From a virus (lineage: Duplodnaviria > Caudoviricetes), in the IMG/VR virus record IMGVR_UViG_3300027365_000007: a DNA stretch of 64,000 bases; one strand, 5' to 3'. Positions 30,633 through 39,984 of the stretch are shown in pieces. The translations under genes and the position numbers were made by a program. The first letter of the stretch is position 1. Each line of letters begins with the position of its first letter. Under the pieces are notes generated by a model. It did not search any database. It was given only the letters and a program-made list of their open reading frames with translations, and had not been told where the DNA came from.

Positions 30633-31041
30633 ATCCCTTAAACTCAGTAGACCCTTCATTAACTTCAAAGTGTGCATTTAAATGTTCATCATACTCGTTT
30701 CTGCACTTAACAAGAACCATCAAGCCATCTTCAAGTGTGTATCCGAGAATCATGTAGCTATCACATATATATGAATCGCCATCATCGATGTACGCACTAA
30801 TACCTTCTCTTAGTACATCATTTAGTGATGATACATTACTTTTCACTTTGTTAATAAACTTAGTTGATTCTGAAAAATCAACTTCTACACCATCAACGGA
30901 TTCGACAACATTGTTGCAGCCACATTCACAGTCACTGTCGCCTGTACATTTAGCTTCTTCTACCTTCTCATCTTCACCATCAGACTGCTCTTCAGCAGAT
31001 TTCATCATTCTCATGTATTGCCCAATTGTCTTACTTGGCAT
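30625..31041 (-). CDS. Hypothetical protein
   Basis: GGAG RBS; 138 aa, acidic. Confidence 0.55.
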   Translation of the reverse strand: MPSKTIGQYMRMMKSAEEQSDGEDEKVEEAKCTGDSDCECGCNNVVESVDGVEVDFSESTKFINKVKSNVSSLNDVLREGISAYIDDGDSYICDSYMILGYTLEDGLMVLVKCRNEYDEHLNAHFEVNEGSTEFKGFI

Positions 31042-31056
31042 ATTTTTATTCTCCTA

Positions 31057-31551
31057 TTATTTTCCACATATATCTGCAAATGGGACTAAATTCTCATCAA
31101 AGAAGGTATCGTAATCAAAGAAATACCAACCGTTATATTCAATAGCTTTTTGTGTATTTAGAGCTTCATTTCCTTCAATACAAACAAACTTACCCTTCCT
31201 ATTTATTTTTATCACAATTATATTCACGTCCCCATCATCAGCGGCATCATATGTTTGTTCGATCCATGTGTCTAATTGACCACATTTTCCTTGGAATATC
31301 TGGTGAAAGAGAAGATCGTTGTAAAACTTACATTCCATGTTCATCTTGTAAAAACTATCAGGTGGGGTAACATCGCCTTTGTGGTGCCTCGCTTGATTTT
31401 CAGTAAGTGATTCTTTTCTAAATCTATTACTACCGCCTGTAAATGCACCTGAACCAATGGTACGAACAAAATTCTCACCATATCTCATAGTTAAATCTTT
31501 AGCTACTTCCCTTTCGAAAGTTGATCCTTTCACTTTTTGCTTACTTGGCAT
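31057..31551 (-). CDS. Holliday junction resolvase, PD-(D/E)XK family
   Basis: SKQKVKGSTFEREVAK.L...GSGA...GDV...MECKFY. Confidence 0.8.
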   Translation of the reverse strand: MPSKQKVKGSTFEREVAKDLTMRYGENFVRTIGSGAFTGGSNRFRKESLTENQARHHKGDVTPPDSFYKMNMECKFYNDLLFHQIFQGKCGQLDTWIEQTYDAADDGDVNIIVIKINRKGKFVCIEGNEALNTQKAIEYNGWYFFDYDTFFDENLVPFADICGK

Positions 31552-31683
31552 AATTTATTTTTCTCCTAAAATAAATATTTATGGTTGAAAAAAATCAGCC
31601 AAAACCAATATATAGATGTGAGAGTGCTTAACCAATAAGGCTCTTGATACTAAAAATATTCTAGCTTAACAACAAGGAGAATT

Positions 31684-32157
31684 ATGAATATGAATAATAT
31701 ACCAAGACGTATAACTAGCGATATGCTATTTGACAATACCTTTACTGACTTTTTCAATATTGCAAATAACATACCAGCATTTAGCATGAGCAGTAAGGTT
31801 CCTGCGTATCCCCACTTCAACATAACTGAGATAGACAAGGAAGGACGTTATAAAATAGATGTAGCACTTGCTGGGTGTAAAAAGGAAGATATTAACGTTC
31901 AATTCGAACCATATCATAAAAATCCCCATGCCGGATTGAAAGTTTTAAAAATAGAAGCACATTACGACCATTACGATGACGAGGGTGCACCTAAATTTTT
32001 ACACAAAGGCATCGCTTATCGTGATGCAAAACTTTCTCTATTGACACACAAAGAGAATGTGGTAGAGAATTGTTCCTATGAGAATGGAATTCTATCAATA
32101 ATCATTCTTAAGCCTACACGTGAGGATGAGGATGTAGAGAAGATTGATATTGGATAG
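31684..32157 (+). CDS. Small heat-shock protein (Hsp20/IbpA-like)
   Basis: YPHFNI..YKIDVALAG.KKEDI..LHKGIAYR..YENGILSI. Confidence 0.88.
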   Translation: MNMNNIPRRITSDMLFDNTFTDFFNIANNIPAFSMSSKVPAYPHFNITEIDKEGRYKIDVALAGCKKEDINVQFEPYHKNPHAGLKVLKIEAHYDHYDDEGAPKFLHKGIAYRDAKLSLLTHKENVVENCSYENGILSIIILKPTREDEDVEKIDIG

Positions 32158-32161
32158 TAAT

Positions 32162-32188
32162 AAAAAAGAGGGCTTAGCCCTCTTTTTT
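32162..32188. terminator. Bidirectional intrinsic terminator
   Basis: AAAAAAGAGGGC-TTA-GCCCTCTTTTTT between convergent genes. Confidence 0.9.
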
Positions 32189-32744
32189 ATTGTTTCAAAA
32201 ACCTATGGTCTCCGATTTCAACAACCACTTGATAGTCTTCTGACCATTGGGGATTTGCTGTTTTATAATTGTAATAATGCGTTGCGTTATCAACTAGCGG
32301 TTCGTAAAGATCATGGTATGCGTAAAATGCAGCAATTACTGATTTCTTCCATGCTTCTTTTTCAAGTTTATTGATCGATCCATCTTCATGATAGATTGCA
32401 ATGACATCTGGCTTACCATCACAGTACCAACTATACCAACAGCGATTCTTAATAGGGTTGCCGTTTTGGTCTCTGTATGATCTCTTAATGACCTGACATG
32501 GGCTAGTATAATTTCTAAACTCACCATTCTCATCTTTGACACGTGCCATGACAGACTGAGCTACTGCGATTTTTCCATCAAACCCTTCACCACGTGTTTC
32601 ATGATAGGTATTTGTGGCAAGGCAGTAAAGCTCTTGGATGTACTCAGGTTCTGGTGAATAATTAACCATAGGTTCCACATCAGTCAAATAAGACTGTCCA
32701 AATGTCATAATCACATTGAAGAAAATAGCTTCTGCAAAATTCAT
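32187..32744 (-). CDS. SleB-like cell wall hydrolase (Hydrolase_2)
   Basis: CLATNTYHETRGE..G.IAVAQSV..RV; YSWYCDG; ATHYYN; IGDHRF. Confidence 0.9.
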   Translation of the reverse strand: MNFAEAIFFNVIMTFGQSYLTDVEPMVNYSPEPEYIQELYCLATNTYHETRGEGFDGKIAVAQSVMARVKDENGEFRNYTSPCQVIKRSYRDQNGNPIKNRCWYSWYCDGKPDVIAIYHEDGSINKLEKEAWKKSVIAAFYAYHDLYEPLVDNATHYYNYKTANPQWSEDYQVVVEIGDHRFLKQ

Positions 32745-32800
32745 ATCATCATCTCCTGATCAATGTGATCATTATAACATTATTAAAATCTAAAAACAAC

Positions 32801-33274
32801 CTACAGTGGTTTCGCCTCGATAGAAACAATTTCGTACTCAATGGGCTTAGGACCAACTGTTACTTCAAAACCATCATCTACTTCTAGTCCCATCATTTCT
32901 TGACCTACTGGACTAGTGTAGCTAATCATTCCTTTTGATGGATCGCTTTCTACACTTCCAACCAGTCGATACACTACCGTTTGTTCGGTATCCACATTTT
33001 TTAGGGTTACGACGGAACCTACAGTGACTTTATCGGTTCTGATGGTTGTAACATCCACCACGTTCGCATTACTCAGCACATCCTTGAGTTCTGAATATTG
33101 TTTCTGAAGTGAATCATAACGCTGGTTATATTCATGCGTTTCAGTATTGTCTTCAGATGACAATGAATTATCACGAACCTCTTTCATTTCATCCATAACG
33201 TTTTTCATTTCGCGCTGTAGTTCATCCATACGCTTTTTAATAATATCTACACCATATTGTGTAATAGTTGCCAT
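32801..33274 (-). CDS. greA: GreA/GreB-family transcription factor homologue
   Basis: N-terminal coiled coil; C-domain VTVGSVVTL..YRLVGSVESDPSKGMISYTSPVGQ..MG. Confidence 0.85.
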   Translation of the reverse strand: MATITQYGVDIIKKRMDELQREMKNVMDEMKEVRDNSLSSEDNTETHEYNQRYDSLQKQYSELKDVLSNANVVDVTTIRTDKVTVGSVVTLKNVDTEQTVVYRLVGSVESDPSKGMISYTSPVGQEMMGLEVDDGFEVTVGPKPIEYEIVSIEAKPL

Positions 33275-33299
33275 AATCTTTTCTCCAAATTAAAGAATG

Positions 33300-33307
33300 T
33301 ATTTATA
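33300..33307 (-). promoter_or_regulatory. T4-type late promoter TATAAATA upstream of the greA-like gene
   Basis: Exact motif 25 nt upstream of the ATG at 33274; GGAG RBS between. Confidence 0.55.
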
Positions 33308-33308
33308 G

Positions 33309-34184
33309 TTAAATCAATTTAAAATAGTTCAATTCATTGCTATTAGACGATTCATGAAGCACTCTAATGAGGCCATCAACAACAAATGGTTTCATTTTAC
33401 GCAGAGTGTGCTTATCGTTTTCGACTTTAAGACGGTTTGTGAAGTGTAACAATGTTTCATCATAGAGCTTGAGAATATTATCGAAGCTTTCCGAATACGT
33501 TATATCCGAATTATCTACAATGACCGTATATGGATGTGTATTCTCATAAATTTCGGCGATTAATTTGTCCTTATCACCTTCATATGCGATGACACTATTA
33601 AGAGCAATACAGTAACTTTTGAGACATTGTATAATTTTCGTATTAATAATATCATCACCTAGTGATGAGTAACGAACGATGTCTAGTACACCTTTTAATA
33701 TAAACGAACGGTTTTGGGATGCAAAAATGTTATGACACAGTTTAGTATAAGTTTTTTCATCCGCTTTACAGACGTGTATATGATAGCCGACAATATTCAC
33801 TACTATATCCATGTTCGGAACGTGTTCACCAGTACTGACTACATGGTTAAAGGCGTTAAAATACCTAGACTGCTCTTTTCCTTCTTTAGAAAGAAGGAAT
33901 GTGAGAATATGAATAGACCTAAAAATTGAAAGCTTTGGTTCAGAGGCGATTTGGGTAAAGATATTTTCTCCAATGAACCCACGTGTCGCAAAGCAGTAGC
34001 AACTATAAAAAACAAACTCATCAAAAACGTCACTATCTGATAAGCCCTTCGATTGCTTATAAAATAAAATTTCATCTTTAATATCTAAAGGCATTTCTTC
34101 CGCCGTATAAAGAATTTTTTCCCAAAATTCAACAGCTTCATCATTAACAATCATACTTACAACCTCATTAAAAAAGAACCGCAA
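33309..34184 (-). CDS. Hypothetical helical protein
   Basis: 291-aa ORF; the true start may be the internal MIVND after GAGG. Confidence 0.55.
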   Translation of the reverse strand: MRFFFNEVVSMIVNDEAVEFWEKILYTAEEMPLDIKDEILFYKQSKGLSDSDVFDEFVFYSCYCFATRGFIGENIFTQIASEPKLSIFRSIHILTFLLSKEGKEQSRYFNAFNHVVSTGEHVPNMDIVVNIVGYHIHVCKADEKTYTKLCHNIFASQNRSFILKGVLDIVRYSSLGDDIINTKIIQCLKSYCIALNSVIAYEGDKDKLIAEIYENTHPYTVIVDNSDITYSESFDNILKLYDETLLHFTNRLKVENDKHTLRKMKPFVVDGLIRVLHESSNSNELNYFKLI

Positions 34185-34222
34185 TGCGGTTCTATATCAA
34201 AAACAATTATTTTTTACAAAAG

Positions 34223-35455
34223 TTATGGCTTTTCATCGTATATATTACTTTCTTGTACGGTGTAACCATTATAAGCTGAAACGTCTTGTAAATCAACCTT
34301 CATTCCATGAATTTCACCATTTCGCCCAACAACATATATATTTTGCGAAGCTTTGCCAGTCAGGTCCAGTGCGTTTTGTGAATAGTTATTCGATCCGGGC
34401 AATCCTGAAGACCGCGCATAGAGATCACTAATAACAGCACTATGTATATGACCAAAAATAGTATAGTTTATAAAAATACCTTTTTGTGCATATTGACCAT
34501 ACTTCGACGCAATCTTTTTATCAGTATCCCGTGCAAATCCATTATGACCATGAAGTAATAGAAACTTTTGTCCTGCTACTTCAATTATCTTTTCAACATA
34601 AGTATCGTCGGGGCCGTGGAACTTTACACCCGGACTACCTTTGAACAAATACGCTAATGTATTGTAGATCACAAAGTCAAAGTTGTCTTGTGCAATATCA
34701 TCGATCCAGCCTACATCCTTTTCAATTCTCGATTCGTTACCTGTGACGTTCGCACATTCTACATTGAAGTCTTGATTCATATCAAGAATAGCTTGTTGAA
34801 GAATATCTACGGCAACGAATGTTGCATTGGCACGGTTAGAAGCATTAAGCAGAAGTTCGTCGGGACGGCGGTTAGAATTCATGAGATCGCCTGTAAAGGC
34901 GAATATAACTTTAGATACCCCATATGCCTTAAATACCCGTTTAGCATGCTGGACGTGCTTCTGAATGCGCTTAGAAGCGATATCCACGTCAAACTTGTTA
35001 TTAGCTAGTAGAACCTGCTCATTAATATGCAAATCACTAAGATGTATAACACCTTCATATTCACCTTGTACGTTCTGGTGAACTTGAGTAAGTCCAGAAA
35101 GATTCTTTGACTTAAAAATTTCTCGTAGGTTCTCAGAATATTCTTCTAACGCATTTACAATACGTGACTTTTCTCGGAAGTATTTTCGTTCGACACGCAT
35201 AACATCAGCTTGACGTTGCTTTGTTTTAGCAAGCTTTATCAAAGCTTTTTTAACATCGTCAGTTGGTGCATTGTCTATCAACTCTACTAAGTTCTGATCT
35301 TCTTTACTAAAGCCAGTGCGCTTCAAACCACGACGTAGCGTAGTACGTGGTATACCCAGCTCTTTTGAAAGCTTGCGTACAGAAAGACCCTCTTCAGTCT
35401 TCAATCTTTCTGCGCATTCTTCAAAGAACTCATCACTGTAATTCGATTTTGACAT
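34223..35455 (-). CDS. Calcineurin-like metallophosphoesterase with an N-terminal HTH
   Basis: LSVRKLSKELGIPRTTLRR (HTH); SDLH, GDL, GNE, LHGH and FGHIH motifs. Confidence 0.8.
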   Translation of the reverse strand: MSKSNYSDEFFEECAERLKTEEGLSVRKLSKELGIPRTTLRRGLKRTGFSKEDQNLVELIDNAPTDDVKKALIKLAKTKQRQADVMRVERKYFREKSRIVNALEEYSENLREIFKSKNLSGLTQVHQNVQGEYEGVIHLSDLHINEQVLLANNKFDVDIASKRIQKHVQHAKRVFKAYGVSKVIFAFTGDLMNSNRRPDELLLNASNRANATFVAVDILQQAILDMNQDFNVECANVTGNESRIEKDVGWIDDIAQDNFDFVIYNTLAYLFKGSPGVKFHGPDDTYVEKIIEVAGQKFLLLHGHNGFARDTDKKIASKYGQYAQKGIFINYTIFGHIHSAVISDLYARSSGLPGSNNYSQNALDLTGKASQNIYVVGRNGEIHGMKVDLQDVSAYNGYTVQESNIYDEKP

Positions 35456-35495
35456 GAGATATCATTCTCCGTTTATTATTGTAATAATTCTAATC

Positions 35496-35523
35496 ATAGT
35501 AACACGACTTTGATATGTGTCAA
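35496..35523 (-). promoter_or_regulatory. Sigma70-like promoter
   Basis: TTGACA-N16-TACTAT with TGn. Confidence 0.5.
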
Positions 35524-35537
35524 TATATTTATTACAT

Positions 35538-35562
35538 AAAAAAGCCCCTTTGAAGGGGCTTT
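35538..35562 (-). terminator. Intrinsic terminator after the VWA gene
   Basis: AAAGCCCCT-TTGA-AGGGGCTTT hairpin with a minus-strand U-tail. Confidence 0.8.
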
Positions 35563-35586
35563 AGAGAATGATCACCTAACGCTTGG

Positions 35587-36939
35587 TCACTCGTTAACGT
35601 AGTCATCATAATACAGCGTGGTACCAAAAGGTGCCCTAACCTTATTATTGATTGCGTACTTGTCGTGAATAAGAAACACAGTTTCGCAATATTCAGGGTC
35701 ACCCCAAGAATCAAAAGGCATGCCGTCTGTAAGCATGATAAAGGTTTCAGGAACAATATCTTCTTCTTTGAAGAATTCCCAGCAGCACATGAAGTCGGTG
35801 CCGCCGCCACCTTTTGGATTGTAATACAGAAGATCGTCAATGGTATCTTGTGTGAACTCCTGATAGTTATATACCTTCGTATCAAAAGTGAAAATACCCA
35901 CTTTAAACGACATGAATGAATCAGCAATCGCGTAGATTTCACTCAGGAAGTCGCGCAACTGGTCGTTGGACATCGAGCCTGAAGCGTCAATACCAATGAC
36001 GAAATCGAAATGATCATCAACGGTAAGACTAGGAAGCATGATGCGTTGAGACATGTAACGACGGTTCAAACGTTTCCACGTATAGTCACTAGTTACCTGT
36101 GACTTAGCTGTTTCACGTACAATATCACGCCAGTTCATTTTTGGCTCAAGAAGGTTCTCAATGAGGCGTTCAATTTCAGCAGGAACTTTACCGGCCTTAC
36201 GACCTACATCAGCAGCTTGCATGATAGTAGATGTGATTTCATTCTCAATTTCAGACGCTTCGTCTTCAGAGATGTTCACGCTACCAGTAGTACCATCAGC
36301 ATCATCATCACCACCATTACCATCATTTCCTACGGTAACTTCAATGTGATCATCGAAGTTACCGCCTGAACCCGGACCACCAGCACCAGACCCATCGCTA
36401 GAGTCACCAGAACCACCACCGCTGTTCTGGGCCTTTTCATAAAGCTCTTCGTAAAGGTCTTCTGTGGTACGGTTTCCGTAGCTTTCTTCATACAGACCAC
36501 CTACACTTGGGAACGTGCCTACGTTATCACGCACAAGAATGTAGTTGATGATATAATCACCAGCATGGTTCCAGATCTTTGGATCTCGCTTACCACGACG
36601 TGTAAGGTGTCGAAGAACACAGTGCATAACTTCGTGAGCTACAAGAAATACGAGTTCTTCATCATCCAGAGCATCAATAAATGCTGGATTATAGTAGAAA
36701 TTTTTACCGTCTACCGCAGCGGTACGGATAACTTTGTGATCCTGTTCAACACCTTGCAAGAACAGGTTGATTGCGATGGTGCCGTAAAATGGCTCTTTCT
36801 GAAGCAGGCGAATACGAGTAACAAGTAGGCGCGAGTGCACCGCCTTGGCGTCTACCTCTTTATCGTAATCAACTTCTTTCGTCGCTTCACCGATTTTCGC
36901 ATGAAGCATATCTGCTTTTTTATGTACAACATTATACAT
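35587..36939 (-). CDS. DUF2201-type metallopeptidase + VWA domain protein (MoxR partner)
   Basis: HEVMH zincin motif, Gly/Ser/Asp linker, MIDAS IDASGSMS, GGGGTDF and LTDG. Confidence 0.88.
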   Translation of the reverse strand: MYNVVHKKADMLHAKIGEATKEVDYDKEVDAKAVHSRLLVTRIRLLQKEPFYGTIAINLFLQGVEQDHKVIRTAAVDGKNFYYNPAFIDALDDEELVFLVAHEVMHCVLRHLTRRGKRDPKIWNHAGDYIINYILVRDNVGTFPSVGGLYEESYGNRTTEDLYEELYEKAQNSGGGSGDSSDGSGAGGPGSGGNFDDHIEVTVGNDGNGGDDDADGTTGSVNISEDEASEIENEITSTIMQAADVGRKAGKVPAEIERLIENLLEPKMNWRDIVRETAKSQVTSDYTWKRLNRRYMSQRIMLPSLTVDDHFDFVIGIDASGSMSNDQLRDFLSEIYAIADSFMSFKVGIFTFDTKVYNYQEFTQDTIDDLLYYNPKGGGGTDFMCCWEFFKEEDIVPETFIMLTDGMPFDSWGDPEYCETVFLIHDKYAINNKVRAPFGTTLYYDDYVNE

Positions 36940-36970
36940 ACTTTATTCTCCAACTTTTATTTGTCTGATA

Positions 36971-37000
36971 AATGTACCATAGTGATGAGATAAGTGTCAA
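36971..37000 (-). promoter_or_regulatory. Sigma70-like promoter for the VWA gene
   Basis: TTGACA-N18-TACATT with TGn. Confidence 0.45.
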
Positions 37001-37254
37001 ACGACTTTACAAATAATTGCGTCTTCACAGACTCGATATACAGGGTAATCTGCAATATCGTCCAACTTTTTAATTGCGTCAGCAAACCAAATGGTATCGC
37101 CCTCTTTGATATATTTTACATCAGGGCCTGCGCTTAATACAATACCTTTAAGGTTTTTCTTATCCGTGAAATCAACGTGAATGATCGTTTCATCTTCATA
37201 GTCATCGACTAACTTAACCATACAATGGTCTTGTAATGCTTTTATATGTGTCAT
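36997..37254 (-). CDS. groES: GroES-like co-chaperonin (start revised to MTHIKAL)
   Basis: IKALQDHCMVK...KGIVLSAGPDV..IKEGD.I.F...V.ED.I; GAGGT RBS. Confidence 0.75.
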   Translation of the reverse strand: MTHIKALQDHCMVKLVDDYEDETIIHVDFTDKKNLKGIVLSAGPDVKYIKEGDTIWFADAIKKLDDIADYPVYRVCEDAIICKVV

Positions 37255-37264
37255 GTGTACCTCT

Positions 37265-38119
37265 TTATTGTAATTTTTTTGTACTAAGATCAATGATTTT
37301 TTCTTCTTTGTTCAAGCAACCAAATTGATCTTTGCAGTATTTAATACCATCAACCTGCTTATACACTTCAATATTCATACTCAATGCCTCGAACGTTTCA
37401 ATCATGAACACTTCGAGATCACTTCGTGATGCGTCAGATTCTTTATAGATATACTTCATCATATCTGGGTAACGAAGTACTGCATCTCTTTTTGTGAACA
37501 CGTCAACATCATGGATGAGACTATAAAGCTGAATAAACATAAACGCAATGTCTTTGGTGATTTCAACATCACTGAGGTTTTTATTAAAACTTTCTAGTTC
37601 ACTAAGCCCTTGGTTAGAAAGAAACTTTAGAACAAATTCCAGTCGTTCACCAAAGGTACCATTCTTCAACAGATACTTTACATCGGTGCGATGCTCAGTT
37701 CTTGATAGATAAGTCAATAGGCTGCGTACAACCTTAACAATCTTATAAGAGACATTCTGTCGAAGCTTTTTCTTTACTGGGTTTACACCGCCCATCACAC
37801 TGTTGTTATAAGCATGGTGTGAAAATGTGTGAAACAATGCATTGTTACACTCTTCTAGATCATCGTATTCACACCAGTCAACCGCCCCATCCTTTGATAC
37901 ATGAATAAGAGAGTATTCAATCTTTCGGTTTGACTCTGCAATGACTCCACTTTTCAGAAGGTCACTTACAGCTTGGTGAATTTCTTCGATAAAATATACA
38001 TCAGTATCATCCGTATAATCAGGGACTCGACTGAGTGCAATGAAAATATCTACATCATCGGAATCATTTGAACCGTAACGGTATACGCCAGTAATATCAA
38101 TTTCTTCTTCATGAGTCAT
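37265..38119 (-). CDS. Putative Pol-beta-superfamily nucleotidyltransferase
   Basis: N-terminal YRYGSNDSDDVDIFI fits hhhGS..xDxDhh. Confidence 0.45.
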   Translation of the reverse strand: MTHEEEIDITGVYRYGSNDSDDVDIFIALSRVPDYTDDTDVYFIEEIHQAVSDLLKSGVIAESNRKIEYSLIHVSKDGAVDWCEYDDLEECNNALFHTFSHHAYNNSVMGGVNPVKKKLRQNVSYKIVKVVRSLLTYLSRTEHRTDVKYLLKNGTFGERLEFVLKFLSNQGLSELESFNKNLSDVEITKDIAFMFIQLYSLIHDVDVFTKRDAVLRYPDMMKYIYKESDASRSDLEVFMIETFEALSMNIEVYKQVDGIKYCKDQFGCLNKEEKIIDLSTKKLQ

Positions 38120-38153
38120 GGCTATTATCCTTGTATTTCATGATAGGTATACT

Positions 38154-38182
38154 ATCATACTATAGTTATACTTTTTACGCAA
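38154..38182 (-). promoter_or_regulatory. Sigma70-like promoter
   Basis: TTGCGT-N17-TATGAT, just downstream of the MoxR terminator. Confidence 0.55.
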
Positions 38183-38188
38183 GTAATA

Positions 38189-38216
38189 AAAAAGGGAACC
38201 CTGTGGTTCCCTTTTT
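38189..38216 (-). terminator. Intrinsic terminator after the MoxR gene
   Basis: AAAAAGGGAACC-CTGT-GGTTCCCTTTTT. Confidence 0.9.
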
Positions 38217-38229
38217 AGACATGGATGCT

Positions 38230-39552
38230 TTACAGCATATCCAGAATGTCTCGGTGACGCTCAAGCAGAGTTTCAACAGCATCACAGTGATCAATATCTA
38301 GGCTGTACTGATCAAGTGCGATTGTTGCACCCATGATGATAAAGTCTTCCTGAAACGTCATGTTTTCCATAAGGAAATTCAGGTAGTTATCACCGAGCTG
38401 ACGCATGACGGAATCGTACTTGTCACGGTCTTCTTCAGATGCGTTCTTCTGAATATCACGCATGATGTAGCACAGGTTAACGATAAGACTGTAAGATGCA
38501 GACAGTTTCACATCACTAAGGTCAAATTTCTTAACCTTGCCGTCAAGGATATCCATCGCATCGGGTAGCATACCGATAGTTTCGATAGATGCCAGAAGAC
38601 CGGCAGCAATACCTACACCAACAAAGCCTGCAATGTTACGGGTAATAAACATATTACCGAAAGACTTGCGAATGCGACCATTCTCATCAGAGATAGACCA
38701 CAGGAAGTCAGACACAAATGACCAGCTACGTGGAGTAGCGAAGGCATACGCCGCCTTATTCTTTGGGTCGAACTCGTTCAGGTGGTTACGGTTACTTTTG
38801 ATGAAACCAACAACCACTGGATGAACACGTGCAGACACAGCCCAGTCCAACCAAGCATCACAGTCTACTTCAAGTGTACGGTGACTGAAACGGTTACGCA
38901 GTGGTGTCGGCATGTTGAAGTGCTGTGTGGCATCTTCAGCACGGTTACCAGCAGCTACGATTGCCACTTCATCCGGCAGCTTGTATGTACCAATGCAGCG
39001 CTCAAGTACAAGTTGTAGTGCAGCAGCCTGTACAGCAGGAGTAGCACTTGACAGCTCGTCAAGAAGGATGATGGCGTTACCTTCAACAACAACGTGCATC
39101 AGCTTTGATTTTTCTTCCAAAGAAAGTTCGATTTCATCCTGTACTTTCTTCATGATGTTGTTCAATTCGAACGCATCAGGTGGTGTTTCAGAAAGCTCGA
39201 CTGAGTTTTTATCACCCACTGCACGAAGATATGCATTCAGCTCATCTTTAGAAGGCGGCAGCTCATCTGGTGCTGCATACAGCATACGCTTATGTTCTTC
39301 GTTGTAATATGGAATACCAGAAAGGTCCGTTGGGTCTTTCAGAAGAAGACGAATATCAATTACCAGACGGTCCAGCTCTGCACCGATTTGGCGAATAACT
39401 TCAGATTTACCAACACCCGGCTGACCCCAGATCATCATAGGCTGTGGCTTTTGGCCGATACTCGGCATATAGCTGATACTATGCATGAGATCTTGTTTAA
39501 GTTCTACAGTATTAACTGTCGGGTGGGTATAGTTATTTTTTTCTTTAGCCAT
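38230..39552 (-). CDS. MoxR-like AAA+ ATPase
   Basis: Walker A GQPGVGKS, Walker B LLDE, AAGNR, LRNRFSH and TPRSW. Confidence 0.9.
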   Translation of the reverse strand: MAKEKNNYTHPTVNTVELKQDLMHSISYMPSIGQKPQPMMIWGQPGVGKSEVIRQIGAELDRLVIDIRLLLKDPTDLSGIPYYNEEHKRMLYAAPDELPPSKDELNAYLRAVGDKNSVELSETPPDAFELNNIMKKVQDEIELSLEEKSKLMHVVVEGNAIILLDELSSATPAVQAAALQLVLERCIGTYKLPDEVAIVAAGNRAEDATQHFNMPTPLRNRFSHRTLEVDCDAWLDWAVSARVHPVVVGFIKSNRNHLNEFDPKNKAAYAFATPRSWSFVSDFLWSISDENGRIRKSFGNMFITRNIAGFVGVGIAAGLLASIETIGMLPDAMDILDGKVKKFDLSDVKLSASYSLIVNLCYIMRDIQKNASEEDRDKYDSVMRQLGDNYLNFLMENMTFQEDFIIMGATIALDQYSLDIDHCDAVETLLERHRDILDML

Positions 39553-39594
39553 GTTAAAGCTCCTTTACAATTTAGTTTGCGATTTGTGAGTACA

Positions 39595-39623
39595 AGTTTA
39601 AACAGTTTCGTTTGGTATGTCAA
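39595..39623 (-). promoter_or_regulatory. Sigma70-like early promoter for the MoxR gene
   Basis: TTGACA-N17-TAAACT. Confidence 0.65.
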
Positions 39624-39642
39624 CACCGTTTCTAGACATTTT

Positions 39643-39984
39643 TTAAATTCTGTATGAGTTGGCTAATTTTTCGAAGTCACCACCATACAGTTTCAAGCGA
39701 TTCACTATGGAACGATCAGTAGTATATAGCTTCACTACGTCTTTTTCCTTAGTGTTCGCCAAGTAGTATAAGCCCTTAATTCGTTTATGTAAAGCCAAAT
39801 AATCAAGCGCTCGTTTACTAAATTTCAACTCAGCTTCGTAGAATGTGTACATTTTACACAAATGTCTATATCCACAAAATCTAAGCTTACCATCATTTGG
39901 CGTTGATGTAAAGAAAATATCAATGATTTCAAATGTATCATCGAATTGTTCATTAATAGCATCGACTAGCTTTTCTTTAATCAT
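39643..39984 (-). CDS. Hypothetical protein
   Basis: 113-aa ORF in a minus-strand operon. Confidence 0.5.
   Translation of the reverse strand: MIKEKLVDAINEQFDDTFEIIDIFFTSTPNDGKLRFCGYRHLCKMYTFYEAELKFSKRALDYLALHKRIKGLYYLANTKEKDVVKLYTTDRSIVNRLKLYGGDFEKLANSYRI

Noticed and set aside
26736-34184. Paralogous family among the helical ORFs at 26736, 29571 and 33309
   Set aside because: Similar size and composition, but I could not align a shared motif.
36280-36430. ACC/CAT-rich low-complexity DNA as a repeat element
   Set aside because: It encodes the Gly/Ser/Asp linker of the VWA protein.
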